The notes below the pieces were generated by a model that was not told the origin of the DNA, searched no databases, and worked only from the letters and a program-made list of their open reading frames with translations. A DNA stretch of 64,000 bases from Candidatus Eiseniibacteriota bacterium (GTDB lineage Bacteria > Eisenbacteria > RBG-16-71-46 > CAVPCR01): positions 224,001-288,000 of the forward strand of contig CAVPCR010000001.1 of assembly GCA_963702435.1 (NCBI GenBank), given 5' to 3'. Numbering within the stretch: position 1 is the first letter of the stretch; every line of letters begins with the position of its first letter. The position numbers were made by a program, and so were the translations under genes. Positions 35,734 to 45,600 of the stretch are shown here, piece after piece.

Positions 35734-37503
35734 CTAGGCCGTGACCAGCGCCTGGCCCTCGTCCTGCTTGGCGAAGGCCTCGATCTCCTTCGCGGCCCAC
35801 TCCGCCTCCTTCTCCACGTCGCGCTTCAGGACCACGCAGTCATGCATGACGAGAGCGTCCATCTTGGTGCGCATGAAGCAGCGGAAGGCGTCCTCCGGAC
35901 TCAGGATGATGGGCTCGCCGCGGACATTGTAGGACGTGTTGATGATGACCGGCACCCCGGTCTGCCGCTCGAACTCGGCGATCAGGTCGTAGTAGAGCGG
36001 ATTCTCCTCCCGGGTCACGGTCTGGAGCCGCGCCGAGCCGTCGAGGTGCGTGACCGAGGGGATGACCCGCCGATCCTCCCGCACCTGGGCCGTGAGCAGC
36101 ATGTAGGGCGATTCGCGATCGATCTCGAAGTACTCCGCGGTCTTCTCGGCGAGCACCGAGGGCGCGAACGGCCGGAAGCTCTCCCGGAACTTGATCTTGA
36201 GATTCACGACGTCCTTGTTCTTCGGATTGCGGGCGTCGGCCAGGATCGAGCGGTTGCCGAGCGCGCGCGGCCCGAACTCCATCCGCCCCTGGAACCAGCC
36301 GACCACGTTCTGCTCGGCGATGAGCTCCGCGGTCGTCCGCAGGAGCTCCGCGCGGTCGTAGCTCCGGTAGGGAACGCGCGCCTCGTCGAGGACCCGGCGC
36401 ACGTCCTCGTCGGTATAGGAAGGCCCCCAGTAGGCGTGCGGCCAGACGAAGGTGCGGGGGTTCCCGAGGAGCGAGTTCCAGATGAGCGCGGCGACGCCCA
36501 CGGCGCCCCCGGCGTCCCCGGCCGCGGGCTGGATGAAGATGTCCTTGAACGGCCCCTCGCGCAGGAGCCGGCCGTTGGCGACGCAGTTGAGCGCCACCCC
36601 GCCCGCCATGCACAGGTTCTCCTCGCCGGTCCGCGCGTGCACGTGCCGGCCCATGGCGAGGACCACCTCCTCGAGGAATCGCTGCACCGAGGCCGCGATG
36701 TCGAAGTACCGCTGCGTCATCTTCTCTTCGGTCCCGCGCGGCGGCCCGCCGAAGAGCTTGTGGAAGGCCTCGGTGGTCATGGTGAGGCCGGTGTGGTAGT
36801 TGAAGTACTTGAGGTTGAGCCAGAAGCTCCCGTCCTCGCGCAGCGACGCCACCTCGCGCACCTGGTCGAGATAGGTCGGCTTGCCGTAGGGCGCGAGCCC
36901 CATCACCTTGTACTCCGCCGAGTTGACGCGGAAGCCCAGGTAGTAGGTGAAGGCGGTGTAGAGGAGCCCGAGCGAGTGCGGGAAGCGCACCTCGTCGAAG
37001 AGCTCGATCTCGTTCCCGACGCCTCGCCCGTAGGTCGCCGTCGACCACTCTCCCACGCCGTCGAGGGTCAGGATCGCCGCCCGCTCGAAAGGCGAGACCA
37101 GGAAGCAGCTCGCGGCATGCGACTCGTGGTGGTCCGAGAAGAGGAGCGGTCCCGTGTAGCCGTCGAGCTCCTTCCGGATGGTGCCCGGGATCCACAGCTT
37201 CTCCTTGAGCCACAGCGGCATCGCGCGCAGGAACGACTTGTAGGCGAAGGGGAAGGTCGAGAAGTACGTGTAGAGGATGCGCTCGAACTTGACGAGCGGC
37301 TTCTCGTAGAACCCGACGTAATCGAGATCCTCGACGCCGATCTTCCCCTCCTCGAGGCAGTAGCGGACCGCGTGTCGGGGAAAGCCCGAGTCGTGCTTCT
37401 TGCGCGTGAAGCGCTCCTCTTCCGCGGCGGCGACCAGCCGGCCGTTCTGGTAGAGCGCCGCCGCAGAGTCGTGATAGAAGGCGGAGATGCCGAGGATGTT
37501 CAT
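35734..37503 (-). CDS. Carbamoyltransferase (NodU/CmcH/SxtI family)
   Basis: ILGISAFYHDSAAAL, EEERFTRKKH, EYKVMGLAPYG, GGVALNC, FQGRMEFGPRALGNRSIL and FRESFRPFAP motifs. Confidence 0.95.
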   Translation of the reverse strand: MNILGISAFYHDSAAALYQNGRLVAAAEEERFTRKKHDSGFPRHAVRYCLEEGKIGVEDLDYVGFYEKPLVKFERILYTYFSTFPFAYKSFLRAMPLWLKEKLWIPGTIRKELDGYTGPLLFSDHHESHAASCFLVSPFERAAILTLDGVGEWSTATYGRGVGNEIELFDEVRFPHSLGLLYTAFTYYLGFRVNSAEYKVMGLAPYGKPTYLDQVREVASLREDGSFWLNLKYFNYHTGLTMTTEAFHKLFGGPPRGTEEKMTQRYFDIAASVQRFLEEVVLAMGRHVHARTGEENLCMAGGVALNCVANGRLLREGPFKDIFIQPAAGDAGGAVGVAALIWNSLLGNPRTFVWPHAYWGPSYTDEDVRRVLDEARVPYRSYDRAELLRTTAELIAEQNVVGWFQGRMEFGPRALGNRSILADARNPKNKDVVNLKIKFRESFRPFAPSVLAEKTAEYFEIDRESPYMLLTAQVREDRRVIPSVTHLDGSARLQTVTREENPLYYDLIAEFERQTGVPVIINTSYNVRGEPIILSPEDAFRCFMRTKMDALVMHDCVVLKRDVEKEAEWAAKEIEAFAKQDEGQALVTA

Positions 37504-37552
37504 GATCGGGTTTCCGGGACGTCCGTTCTGGCGTTTCGTCTGCTGATGCGGA

Positions 37553-37795
37553 CTAGTACAGGTGCTCGTACTCGCTCACCGGGCGCGGCTTGAGATCCTT
37601 CTTGTGATAGGTCGAGCCGACGCGATGGTGCGCGCCGAGCGGATCCTGGCGGAAGAGACGGAAGATGGACCCCACGATCCCGATCAGGAGCCAGTAGAGG
37701 ATCGTGAGCAGCACGAGCCCGTTGAAGTGCCCGAGCTTGGCCGCCAGCGCTCGCCAGCCGCGCCAGAAGGCGACCAGGGGCCGAGGAACCCGCAT
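37553..37795 (-). CDS. SxtJ-like small membrane protein
   Basis: W..LAAKLGHFNGLVLLTILYW...RLFRQDPL; directly upstream of the carbamoyltransferase. Confidence 0.75.
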   Translation of the reverse strand: MRVPRPLVAFWRGWRALAAKLGHFNGLVLLTILYWLLIGIVGSIFRLFRQDPLGAHHRVGSTYHKKDLKPRPVSEYEHLY

Positions 37796-37837
37796 CGTAT
37801 CTCCACTTCTCGTCGTCGATCGCTCGTCGCTTCGGGA

Positions 37838-40800
37838 TCAGCGGACGAGCGTGAGCTTCCGGGAGGCGACGAAGTCGCCGATCCGCACGCGGTAGAAATA
37901 GGTCCCGGCCGCGAGCGGCTCTCCGCCCGGACCGCGGCCGTCCCAGTCCACCTCGTGGCGCCCGGCCGGGAGCCGGCCGTCGAGGAGCCGGGCCACGGCC
38001 CGGCCCTCCACATCATAGATCGTCAAGCTTACCGGGATCTCGCCCGGTGCGGGGACATCGATTGCGAGCCGCGTCCGCCGCGCGAGCGGGTTCGGGCGGG
38101 CCGGGTGTATCGCCGCGAGACGGGGCGCGGCCGGGGGGCCCTCCGGCTCCGGCCCGGCGATCGCCACCGGCAGGACGGAGCTCCCGACGTAGCCCGTGTT
38201 CGCCGCGTCGTGCCGGAAGAAGGGCCACTGGATCCGGGTCGGGTTCCAGGCCGCGGGCAGGTCCCAGAGGTAGACGGCGGCGTCATACGCGGCCATGCCC
38301 ACCTCGATCAGACCATCGTTGTCGATGTCCCAGAGGAGCGGCGAGCCGCGCACCTCTCCCTCGAGCTGGATCGGGAAGCCGGCGGCCGGGGTGCCGTCGT
38401 GGTTGAACGCGTGGAGCTTTCCCGACTCGTCGCCGATCAGGATCTCCGGCCGGCCGTCGGCGTCGAGATCGCCGATCGTGGGTGAGGACTGCGTCGCCTC
38501 GTTGCCCCCGGTGTAGAAGACGGCCGGGAATCCGGGGAGCAACACGCCCTGGCGATTCCAGGCGAAGAGGCGTCCGTCCGAGCCCGGAAAGACGATATCG
38601 AGCTGCCCGTCGCCGTCCAGATCGGCGATGACCGGCGAACCCGTGCGGACCTGGGCCGTGACCGCCGGAGCGCTTTGCGGCCAGCCGGGGAAGGCGGCCC
38701 CGCTCGCGCGGAAGACGTGCACGCGCCCGCCGCCGCGCTCCGAGGCGACGACGATCTCGTTCGACCCGTCGCCGTCGAGATCGGCGATCGCGGGCGAGGC
38801 GGTGATGGCCGAGGGATTGGCGAGATCCCCGGTCGCGACCGGCCAGCCCGGGACGAGCGTGCCGTCGCCGTTCACCGCGTAGACGGGACCCGCGCTGTTC
38901 GAGGCGATGTTCAGGCAGAAGACGATCTCCGCCGCGGGATCGGCGTCCAGGTTGGCGGCCGCCGGCGACGAGTAGCAGAAGGAGGCGCCGGTCACGCGGA
39001 AGAGAACGCCGTTGGTCGCGGGATTCGAGTCGCCGTCGGCGACCTCGGTGCCGTCATGATGCCAGGCGAAAAGCCGCCCGCCCTTCGCCGCCCACACCAC
39101 GAGCTCGAGGTCGTCGTCTCCGTCGATGTCGGCCATGAGCGGCGAAGGCCAGTTGAAATCATCGAGCACCGATTGCGGCCACCCCGGCATGAGCTCGCCC
39201 TCTGCATCCCACAGGTAAGCCTGGCCCACCGTCCAGCCCACGTTCGCGACCTCGATCGTCCCGTCCCCGTCCATGTCGCCGAGCGCCGTGGTGGCGCTGA
39301 AGCCCTTGGCGTTCGAGAACCCGTCGGGCGCGAACACGCCGCTCGTGCGCGGGTCGCCGTCCCCGTCCACGATCTCGGTGCCGTCGGCATGCCAGCCGTA
39401 CTGGTAGTCGGCCGCCGTGAACAGCTCGTAGTCGGAGCCGCCGGCGACGTTCGCGAGCTGGAGCGAGGAGGACGTCACCTGCCCGATCTCGATCGGCCAG
39501 CCGGCGGCGAGCGGCGGATTGGTCGAGCCGGTGACGACCGCCGAGAGAGGACCGGCGTTCGACGACGAGTCGCGGGCCACGATGCGATAGTAGTAGCGGG
39601 TGAGCGGCAGGAGCCCCGCGTCCTCGTAGCTCGCCGACCCCGCGGCGAGGAACGCGTTCACCTGAACGAACGGGCCGCCCGCGCTCGCCGCCCGGTAGAT
39701 GTCGTAGCCGAGGAGGTCGGCGTCCGCCGGAGCCTTCCAGGCCAGGCGGAGCGCGCTTGGCGAGCCGAAGGCGGCCAGGCTGTCGGCGACGCCCGGCGCG
39801 GTCACGTCCAGGTGCTCGGTGCGCACGGGTCCGAAGACATCCGCCGTCGTCACGCGGAGACGGATCGCCGCCGGATCGACGAGCGGACCGAGAGTGAAGG
39901 CGAAGCGGTCCCCGGTCACCACGGCGCCGACCGGGATGCGGCCGAAGCTCGCGTTCGCATCGCTCACCGTGACCTGCGGCTCGGGATCGAGCGTCCCGGC
40001 GCGCACCACGGCGAGCACGGCGGCGACGGCGGCCGCCGTGTCCTGCCCGGTGTTCCGGAGCGCGAGCGAGTACCAGATGGTCTCGCCCGCCTCGACCACC
40101 CCGTTCCCGTTCCCCCGCGGCGGCGCATCGTCCACCACGTGGCGCAGGTGCTCGAGGTAGGAGCGGCGGACCGGCAGCACGAACACATCGTTGTAGACGC
40201 CCTGCCCGCTCGCGATCACGAGCGAGAAGAGCGGCTGGAATGCTTCCGGAGCGGACGGCGCGATCGCGAGCGCGAAGCGGCCCGTCCCGCTCGAGCCGCC
40301 GCCGGCGGCGATCGTGCCGTAGCTCACGGTCGATGTGATGAGCGTCAGGTAACCTTGCGGGTTCTGCTCGCTGAGCGCGGCGAGGACCCCGCTCGCACCC
40401 TGGGTGCCGCCGTTGCGGAGCGTGATCGCGAGCTCGATCGTCTCGCCGGCGTCGGCCCGGCCGTCGCCGTCGCCGGCGGAGGGCGGGATCGCGTCGTCGT
40501 CGACGACGACCGCCTGCAGGTAGGGATACGCGCCCGCCGCGGCGGTCACGTTGATCGTCGTCTGGTAGACCGCGAAGCCGGGTCGGGACACGGTGAGGAT
40601 CGCCGCGCCGGTCGTCTCCGGCGCGAAGTGGAGACTCGCCGTCCCGCTCGCGTCGGTCTCCCCGCGGGCATAGGCCTCGCTCCCCTTCCCCAGAGTGACG
40701 ACGGCGCCGGCAAGCGGCGCGCCGCCGCTCGTCACGGTCGCCGCGTAGGGTCCGGCACCGAGCGCGTGATGGGCGGGGTGGTTCACCGCGATCGGGGCGA

Positions 40801-42658
40801 TCGACTGCACGTGGAGATCCACCTCGGGGTCACCGAGGAGCGTGAGCGCCATCAGGGTCCAGCGGAACGAGCTCTCGTAGTCGGAGTAGGGCACGAACGG
40901 CAGGCGGGCGAGAGCGGAGATCTCGCCCAAGCTCCGCAGCGAGTCGGCGCTCGCGAACACGGCCCCGAACCACTCCCCCTGGTAGTCGCGCGAGGCGCTC
41001 AGGAAGGCGAGGCGCGAGGTGCCGAGATAGGCGATGGCACCGCCCGCCGCATTCTTGACGAAGCGCTCGCCGATCGAGTTGAAGTCGATCGAGGCCGAGC
41101 TGCAGTTGATGGCGAAGACGACCGAGTTCCGCGGGCCGTTCGCGAGCGCGTCGGCATCCGCGTTGGTGAGCACCCCGTCGCCGACCGACATGGTGTTCCG
41201 GTAGCCGTGCCCGACATGGTGGAGGATGCCGAAGCCGTTCCCGATCGAATCGACGGCCGCCTGGTAGGTCTCGGGCAGGGACCCGGGCCAGTTCTGGTGC
41301 TCCTCGTAGAGCCGGACCCGCTTCCAGTGCGCGGGGACGAGGGCGTTCGCCTCCTCGGCCACGAGCGCCCCGTCGATGTTGGTGAAGAGCCGCTCGGCGA
41401 GGAAGAGGATCGAGGCCGGGTAGCCGTTCCCGGCGGCCGGCGCGCGGTCGTAGGCGATCGTCTTCTGGACGAAGACGTCGGCCTGGGCCGTGGTCGATAC
41501 CGGCGCGCGGCCTGCATACACCTCGGGCATGATGTCGGCCTGGTCCCCGGGATCGCCCGCATCCTGGAACGCCTCGCCGAAGCGGGCGTCGCCGTCGGCG
41601 TTCCAGTTCCCCTCGAGACACATGTAGTAGTAGTCGGCCGGGATGGTCTCGCCGCCGAAAAGGGTCGTCACCGCGGAGCGATAGGGGATGACATCGGTGT
41701 CGCCGCCGAGGAGGACGAAGAGCGTCCCCCAGTTCTGATACGCATCCCGGAGGAAGAAGCGGATGCGCTCGGCGCGGTCCACCCCGTTCGGATAGGTCGC
41801 ATCGATCCACTCGACCGTGCGCACGACCCCCTGCACGCCCTTCTCCGTCTTCCAGCGGGCGAGCGGCTCGAAGCGCGAGGCGAGCGCCGCCGAGGTGACG
41901 ATCACGTACTCGACGGGGCTCCCGTCTGCCGTCGGGCGGAACGTGGGTTGATAGGGACCGGGGCCGGCCGGCGCGGGATCCTCGCGGGGCGCGGACGCGG
42001 GCACGGCCACGCTGCCGCCGGCCGCCAGCAGGTGCCCGAGTCCCCGTTCGAACCGCTTCTCGATCGCCGGCACGACGCGGCGCCGGGGGAGAGCGATATC
42101 GGGGGCCGCCGCGAGCTCGTAGCGGAGGCGAAGACGGGTCAGGAGCTCGAGCTCGCCGCTCTCCGGGAACCAGCGAAAGGGGCTCACGCGAAACGCGAGG
42201 AGCGTCCGCCCGCGGAGCGCGCCGCGCCCGGCGAAGGAGGCGATGTCTACGGGATGCGATCCGCCCCGCCCGCACACGACGGTCTCGAGGGGCGGCGGCG
42301 GCGGAGCCGCGGCGCCGGCATCGATGCGGTGATCGGAGCCCGCAGCCGCGAGCCGATGCACGCCGAGGGCGAGCGCCGACTCGATCTCGACGGTGACCCG
42401 GTCGGCGGTCGTTCCCGCCGGCGCCTCGACGTAGATCGTGACGACCGGGAGCGCCGGTTCATCGGGGCGCGCCCCCACGAACGCCCCGCGATAGCGCACC
42501 GCGGTCGAGCCCGCCGCGGGGACGAGAGCGAGCCGCTCGGGCGGGAAGGAGAGGACGATCTCGGCCGCCCGCGCCGCGCGCGGGGTGCCGGCGCCGAGGA
42601 GCAGGATCGCGCCGGCGAGAAGGAGGCCGCCCTCTGGCGAAACCCGGCGCGCAGTCAT
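37838..42658 (-). CDS. Secreted C25 (gingipain-like) cysteine peptidase with FN3, FG-GAP repeats and FlgD-type CTD (copy F)
   Basis: Signal peptide, prodomain, EYVIVT, VLLGGDT, HHVGHG, INCSS, ADLDGDG repeats, PNP...WDG. Confidence 0.88.
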   Translation of the reverse strand: MTARRVSPEGGLLLAGAILLLGAGTPRAARAAEIVLSFPPERLALVPAAGSTAVRYRGAFVGARPDEPALPVVTIYVEAPAGTTADRVTVEIESALALGVHRLAAAGSDHRIDAGAAAPPPPPLETVVCGRGGSHPVDIASFAGRGALRGRTLLAFRVSPFRWFPESGELELLTRLRLRYELAAAPDIALPRRRVVPAIEKRFERGLGHLLAAGGSVAVPASAPREDPAPAGPGPYQPTFRPTADGSPVEYVIVTSAALASRFEPLARWKTEKGVQGVVRTVEWIDATYPNGVDRAERIRFFLRDAYQNWGTLFVLLGGDTDVIPYRSAVTTLFGGETIPADYYYMCLEGNWNADGDARFGEAFQDAGDPGDQADIMPEVYAGRAPVSTTAQADVFVQKTIAYDRAPAAGNGYPASILFLAERLFTNIDGALVAEEANALVPAHWKRVRLYEEHQNWPGSLPETYQAAVDSIGNGFGILHHVGHGYRNTMSVGDGVLTNADADALANGPRNSVVFAINCSSASIDFNSIGERFVKNAAGGAIAYLGTSRLAFLSASRDYQGEWFGAVFASADSLRSLGEISALARLPFVPYSDYESSFRWTLMALTLLGDPEVDLHVQSIAPIAVNHPAHHALGAGPYAATVTSGGAPLAGAVVTLGKGSEAYARGETDASGTASLHFAPETTGAAILTVSRPGFAVYQTTINVTAAAGAYPYLQAVVVDDDAIPPSAGDGDGRADAGETIELAITLRNGGTQGASGVLAALSEQNPQGYLTLITSTVSYGTIAAGGGSSGTGRFALAIAPSAPEAFQPLFSLVIASGQGVYNDVFVLPVRRSYLEHLRHVVDDAPPRGNGNGVVEAGETIWYSLALRNTGQDTAAAVAAVLAVVRAGTLDPEPQVTVSDANASFGRIPVGAVVTGDRFAFTLGPLVDPAAIRLRVTTADVFGPVRTEHLDVTAPGVADSLAAFGSPSALRLAWKAPADADLLGYDIYRAASAGGPFVQVNAFLAAGSASYEDAGLLPLTRYYYRIVARDSSSNAGPLSAVVTGSTNPPLAAGWPIEIGQVTSSSLQLANVAGGSDYELFTAADYQYGWHADGTEIVDGDGDPRTSGVFAPDGFSNAKGFSATTALGDMDGDGTIEVANVGWTVGQAYLWDAEGELMPGWPQSVLDDFNWPSPLMADIDGDDDLELVVWAAKGGRLFAWHHDGTEVADGDSNPATNGVLFRVTGASFCYSSPAAANLDADPAAEIVFCLNIASNSAGPVYAVNGDGTLVPGWPVATGDLANPSAITASPAIADLDGDGSNEIVVASERGGGRVHVFRASGAAFPGWPQSAPAVTAQVRTGSPVIADLDGDGQLDIVFPGSDGRLFAWNRQGVLLPGFPAVFYTGGNEATQSSPTIGDLDADGRPEILIGDESGKLHAFNHDGTPAAGFPIQLEGEVRGSPLLWDIDNDGLIEVGMAAYDAAVYLWDLPAAWNPTRIQWPFFRHDAANTGYVGSSVLPVAIAGPEPEGPPAAPRLAAIHPARPNPLARRTRLAIDVPAPGEIPVSLTIYDVEGRAVARLLDGRLPAGRHEVDWDGRGPGGEPLAAGTYFYRVRIGDFVASRKLTLVR

Positions 42659-45600
42659 TTCACGAGCGCCACCTTCTCGGTGAACACCTGCTCGCCGATC
42701 GCGATCCGGAGGAAGTAGATGCCGGTTCCGAGCACCTCGCCGCTCTTCCCGCGCCCGTCCCAGGTGATCGCGTGCTGCCCGGCGCCGACCGGCCCCGCGA
42801 GGAGCCGCCGCACGAGCCGCCCCGTCACGTCGTACGCGGCGATCGCGACCGGCAAGGCCCCGGTGCCCGGCACGTCGAAGGCGATCGTGGTCGCCGGGTT
42901 GAACGGATTGGGGCGCGCCGGGTAGACGCGCGCGGCGGCCGGAGCCGCCGGGGCCGGCGGCTCCGCGATCCCGACCGCGAGCGGCGCGGTCTGCATCCAG
43001 CCGGTGTTCCGCACATCGTGATGGAAGAAGGGCCACGGCGCCCGGAGCGGGTTGAACTCGCTCGGCAGATCCCAGATGTAGACGTTCCCGTCCCAGCCGA
43101 CCACGGCGACCTCGGTCATCGTGTCCTGATCGATGTCCCAGACGACCGGGGTCGAGCGCACCTCGCCGTTCGTCTGGATCGGGAACCCGGCGACGAGCGT
43201 GCCGTCGTTGTGATAGGCGTGCACCTTGCCGGTCTCATCACCGAACAGGATCTCGAGCGCTCCGTCCCCGTCGATGTCGGCGATCGAGGGCGTCGACTGG
43301 GTCGCCTGGCTCGACCCCGTGGCGAAGACGACCGGGAACCCTGGGAGCTGCGTCCCGTCGCGCTTGAAGGCGTAGAGGCGGCCGTCCGATCCGGCATAGG
43401 CGATGTCGAGGTAGGTGTCGCCGTCGAGATCGCCGAGCGCCGGAGAGCTCGTGCGCGACTGTCCGGACACGGCCGGCGCCAAGCGCGGCCACCCCGGCCG
43501 CACCGTGCCGTCCCCGCCGAGGACGTACATGAGGCCGCCGCTGCGATCGGCGACGAGGATGATCTCGTTGGTGCCGTTCCGGTCGAGGTCCCCGATCGCC
43601 GGCGAGGAGGTGATCTGCGACCCGTCGCTCACGGTCCCGGTCGAGTACGGCCAGCCGGTCGCGAGCGTGCCGTCGTGGTTCACGGCGTAGACCTTGCCCG
43701 TCATGTCGCTCGAGAGGTTGACGCAGAACACGATCTCGGGACGGAGGTCGCCGTCGATGTCGGCGACCGCCGGCGACGAGTAGTTGAAGGAGGTGCCGAA
43801 CACCCGATGGAGCACGCCGTCGGTCGCCGGATTCCCGTCGCCGTCGGCCACCTCGACCCCGGTGTGATGCCAGGCGAAGAGCCGCCCGCCGTTGGCGGCC
43901 CACAGGATGACCTCGAGATCGCTGTCGCCGTCGAGATCGTAGAGCACGGGCGACGGCCAGTTAAAGTCGTCCATCACCCACTTGGGCCAGCCGCTCTCGA
44001 GCTGGCCCGTGTGATCCCACACGTAGAGGCTCTCCGCCGCCCAGCCGACGTTCGCGATCTCGTAGTCGCCGTTGCGGTCGAGGTCGCCGATGGCGGCGGT
44101 GGCCGAGAACCCCTTGACTCCGCTGTAGCCGTAGCGGGAGTAGGGCCCGTTCGTGCGGTCGTCGTCGTCGCCGTCGACGATCTCGGTGCCGTTCGCATGC
44201 CAGCCGTACTGCATGTCGGCGGCGGTGAAGACCTCGTAGTCGGAGCCGCCCTCCGTGTTGGAGAGGACGAGCGAGGACTGGGTCTGTTGCGCCAGCTCGA
44301 TCGGCCAGCCGGGCATGTAAGGCGGATTGGTGGTGCCCGAGATGACGAGGGTCGGCGGCGAGGCGTTGTACGAGGAGTCCCGCGCCACCACCCGGTAGTA
44401 GTAGCGCGTGAGGGCCGGCAAGCCGCGGTCCTCGAACGCCGAGGTCCCGTCCACCGTGTAGGAGTTGATGCGCGTGAACGGCCCGCCCGGGTTCGGCGCG
44501 CGATGGACGTCGTAGCCGCGTGCGTCGGCGGACGCCGAGCGGTTCCAGGTGAGACGGATCGAGCTCGGCGATCCGAACGCCGTCAGCGTATCCGGCTCCA
44601 CGGGTGCTATCACGTCGAGGAACTGGAGATCGGCCGGCCCCAGCGCGTCGGCGAGCGTGAGCTCGAGGAGGAGCGTCAGCGGATCCACGGTCGAGCCGAG
44701 CGTGAAGGCGAAGCGATCTCCCTCGACCTGCTGCCCAGGGGCGAGCGTCCCGAAGCTCGCGTTCGCATCGCCCACCGTCACGCCCGGGTGCGGCAGGCGA
44801 TCGGACACCCGGAGCGCCCGCAGCGCTCCCGTGACCCCGGTCGCCCGATCCTGCCCCCTGTTCTTGAGCGTCACTCGGTAGTAGATCTCCTCCCCCGCCT
44901 CGACGATCCCGTCCCCGTCCCCGCGCGGCGCCGCATCGTCCACCACGTGCGAATAGTGCTCGAGGTACGGCCGCCGGAGCGGCAGCAAGGTCACATCCGG
45001 CCACGTCCCCTGCCCGCTCGTCACGACGAGGGTGAGCGCGGGCTGATAGGCGACCGGTGCGTCCGCGGCGATCGTCACCACGTACGCCCCGCTCCCCTGC
45101 GAGCTCCCGCCGGCGCCCAGGGTGCCGTAGCTCACCGAGCCCTGCGCGATCGTGAGCGCGTTCTCCGGATCGTTCTCGCTGAGCGTCCCCACGACGCCGG
45201 TGGCCTGCGCCCCGCCGCCGTTCCGGAGCGTCAAGCGGAGCTCGACCGTCTCCCCGGCATCCGCCTGCCCGTCCCCGTCGCCGCTCGACTGCCCCACCCC
45301 GTCGTCGTCCACCACCATCGTCTGCACGTACACGTACGGCCCGCTTCCCGCCGTCACGTTCACCGTCGCGAGATACGGCCGGTAGTAGCTCTTGTGTACG
45401 GTCAGCGCCAGCGTCCCCGTCGTCTGCGCCCCCACCGCGAGCTGCGCCTGGCCGTTGGCCCCGGTGATCCCGCGGACGTAGGTCTCCGCCGTCTTCCGCA
45501 GGGTCACCGACGCTCCCGCGACCGGCGAGCCGCCCGCCGTCACCGTCACCGTGATCGGCGCCGAACCGAGCGCCACGCTCGCCGGATGCGTCACCGCGAT

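Noticed and set aside
34318..37795. Saxitoxin biosynthesis cluster
   Set aside because: Only the widespread IJKL-like block is present; there is no sxtA, sxtG or other core gene.
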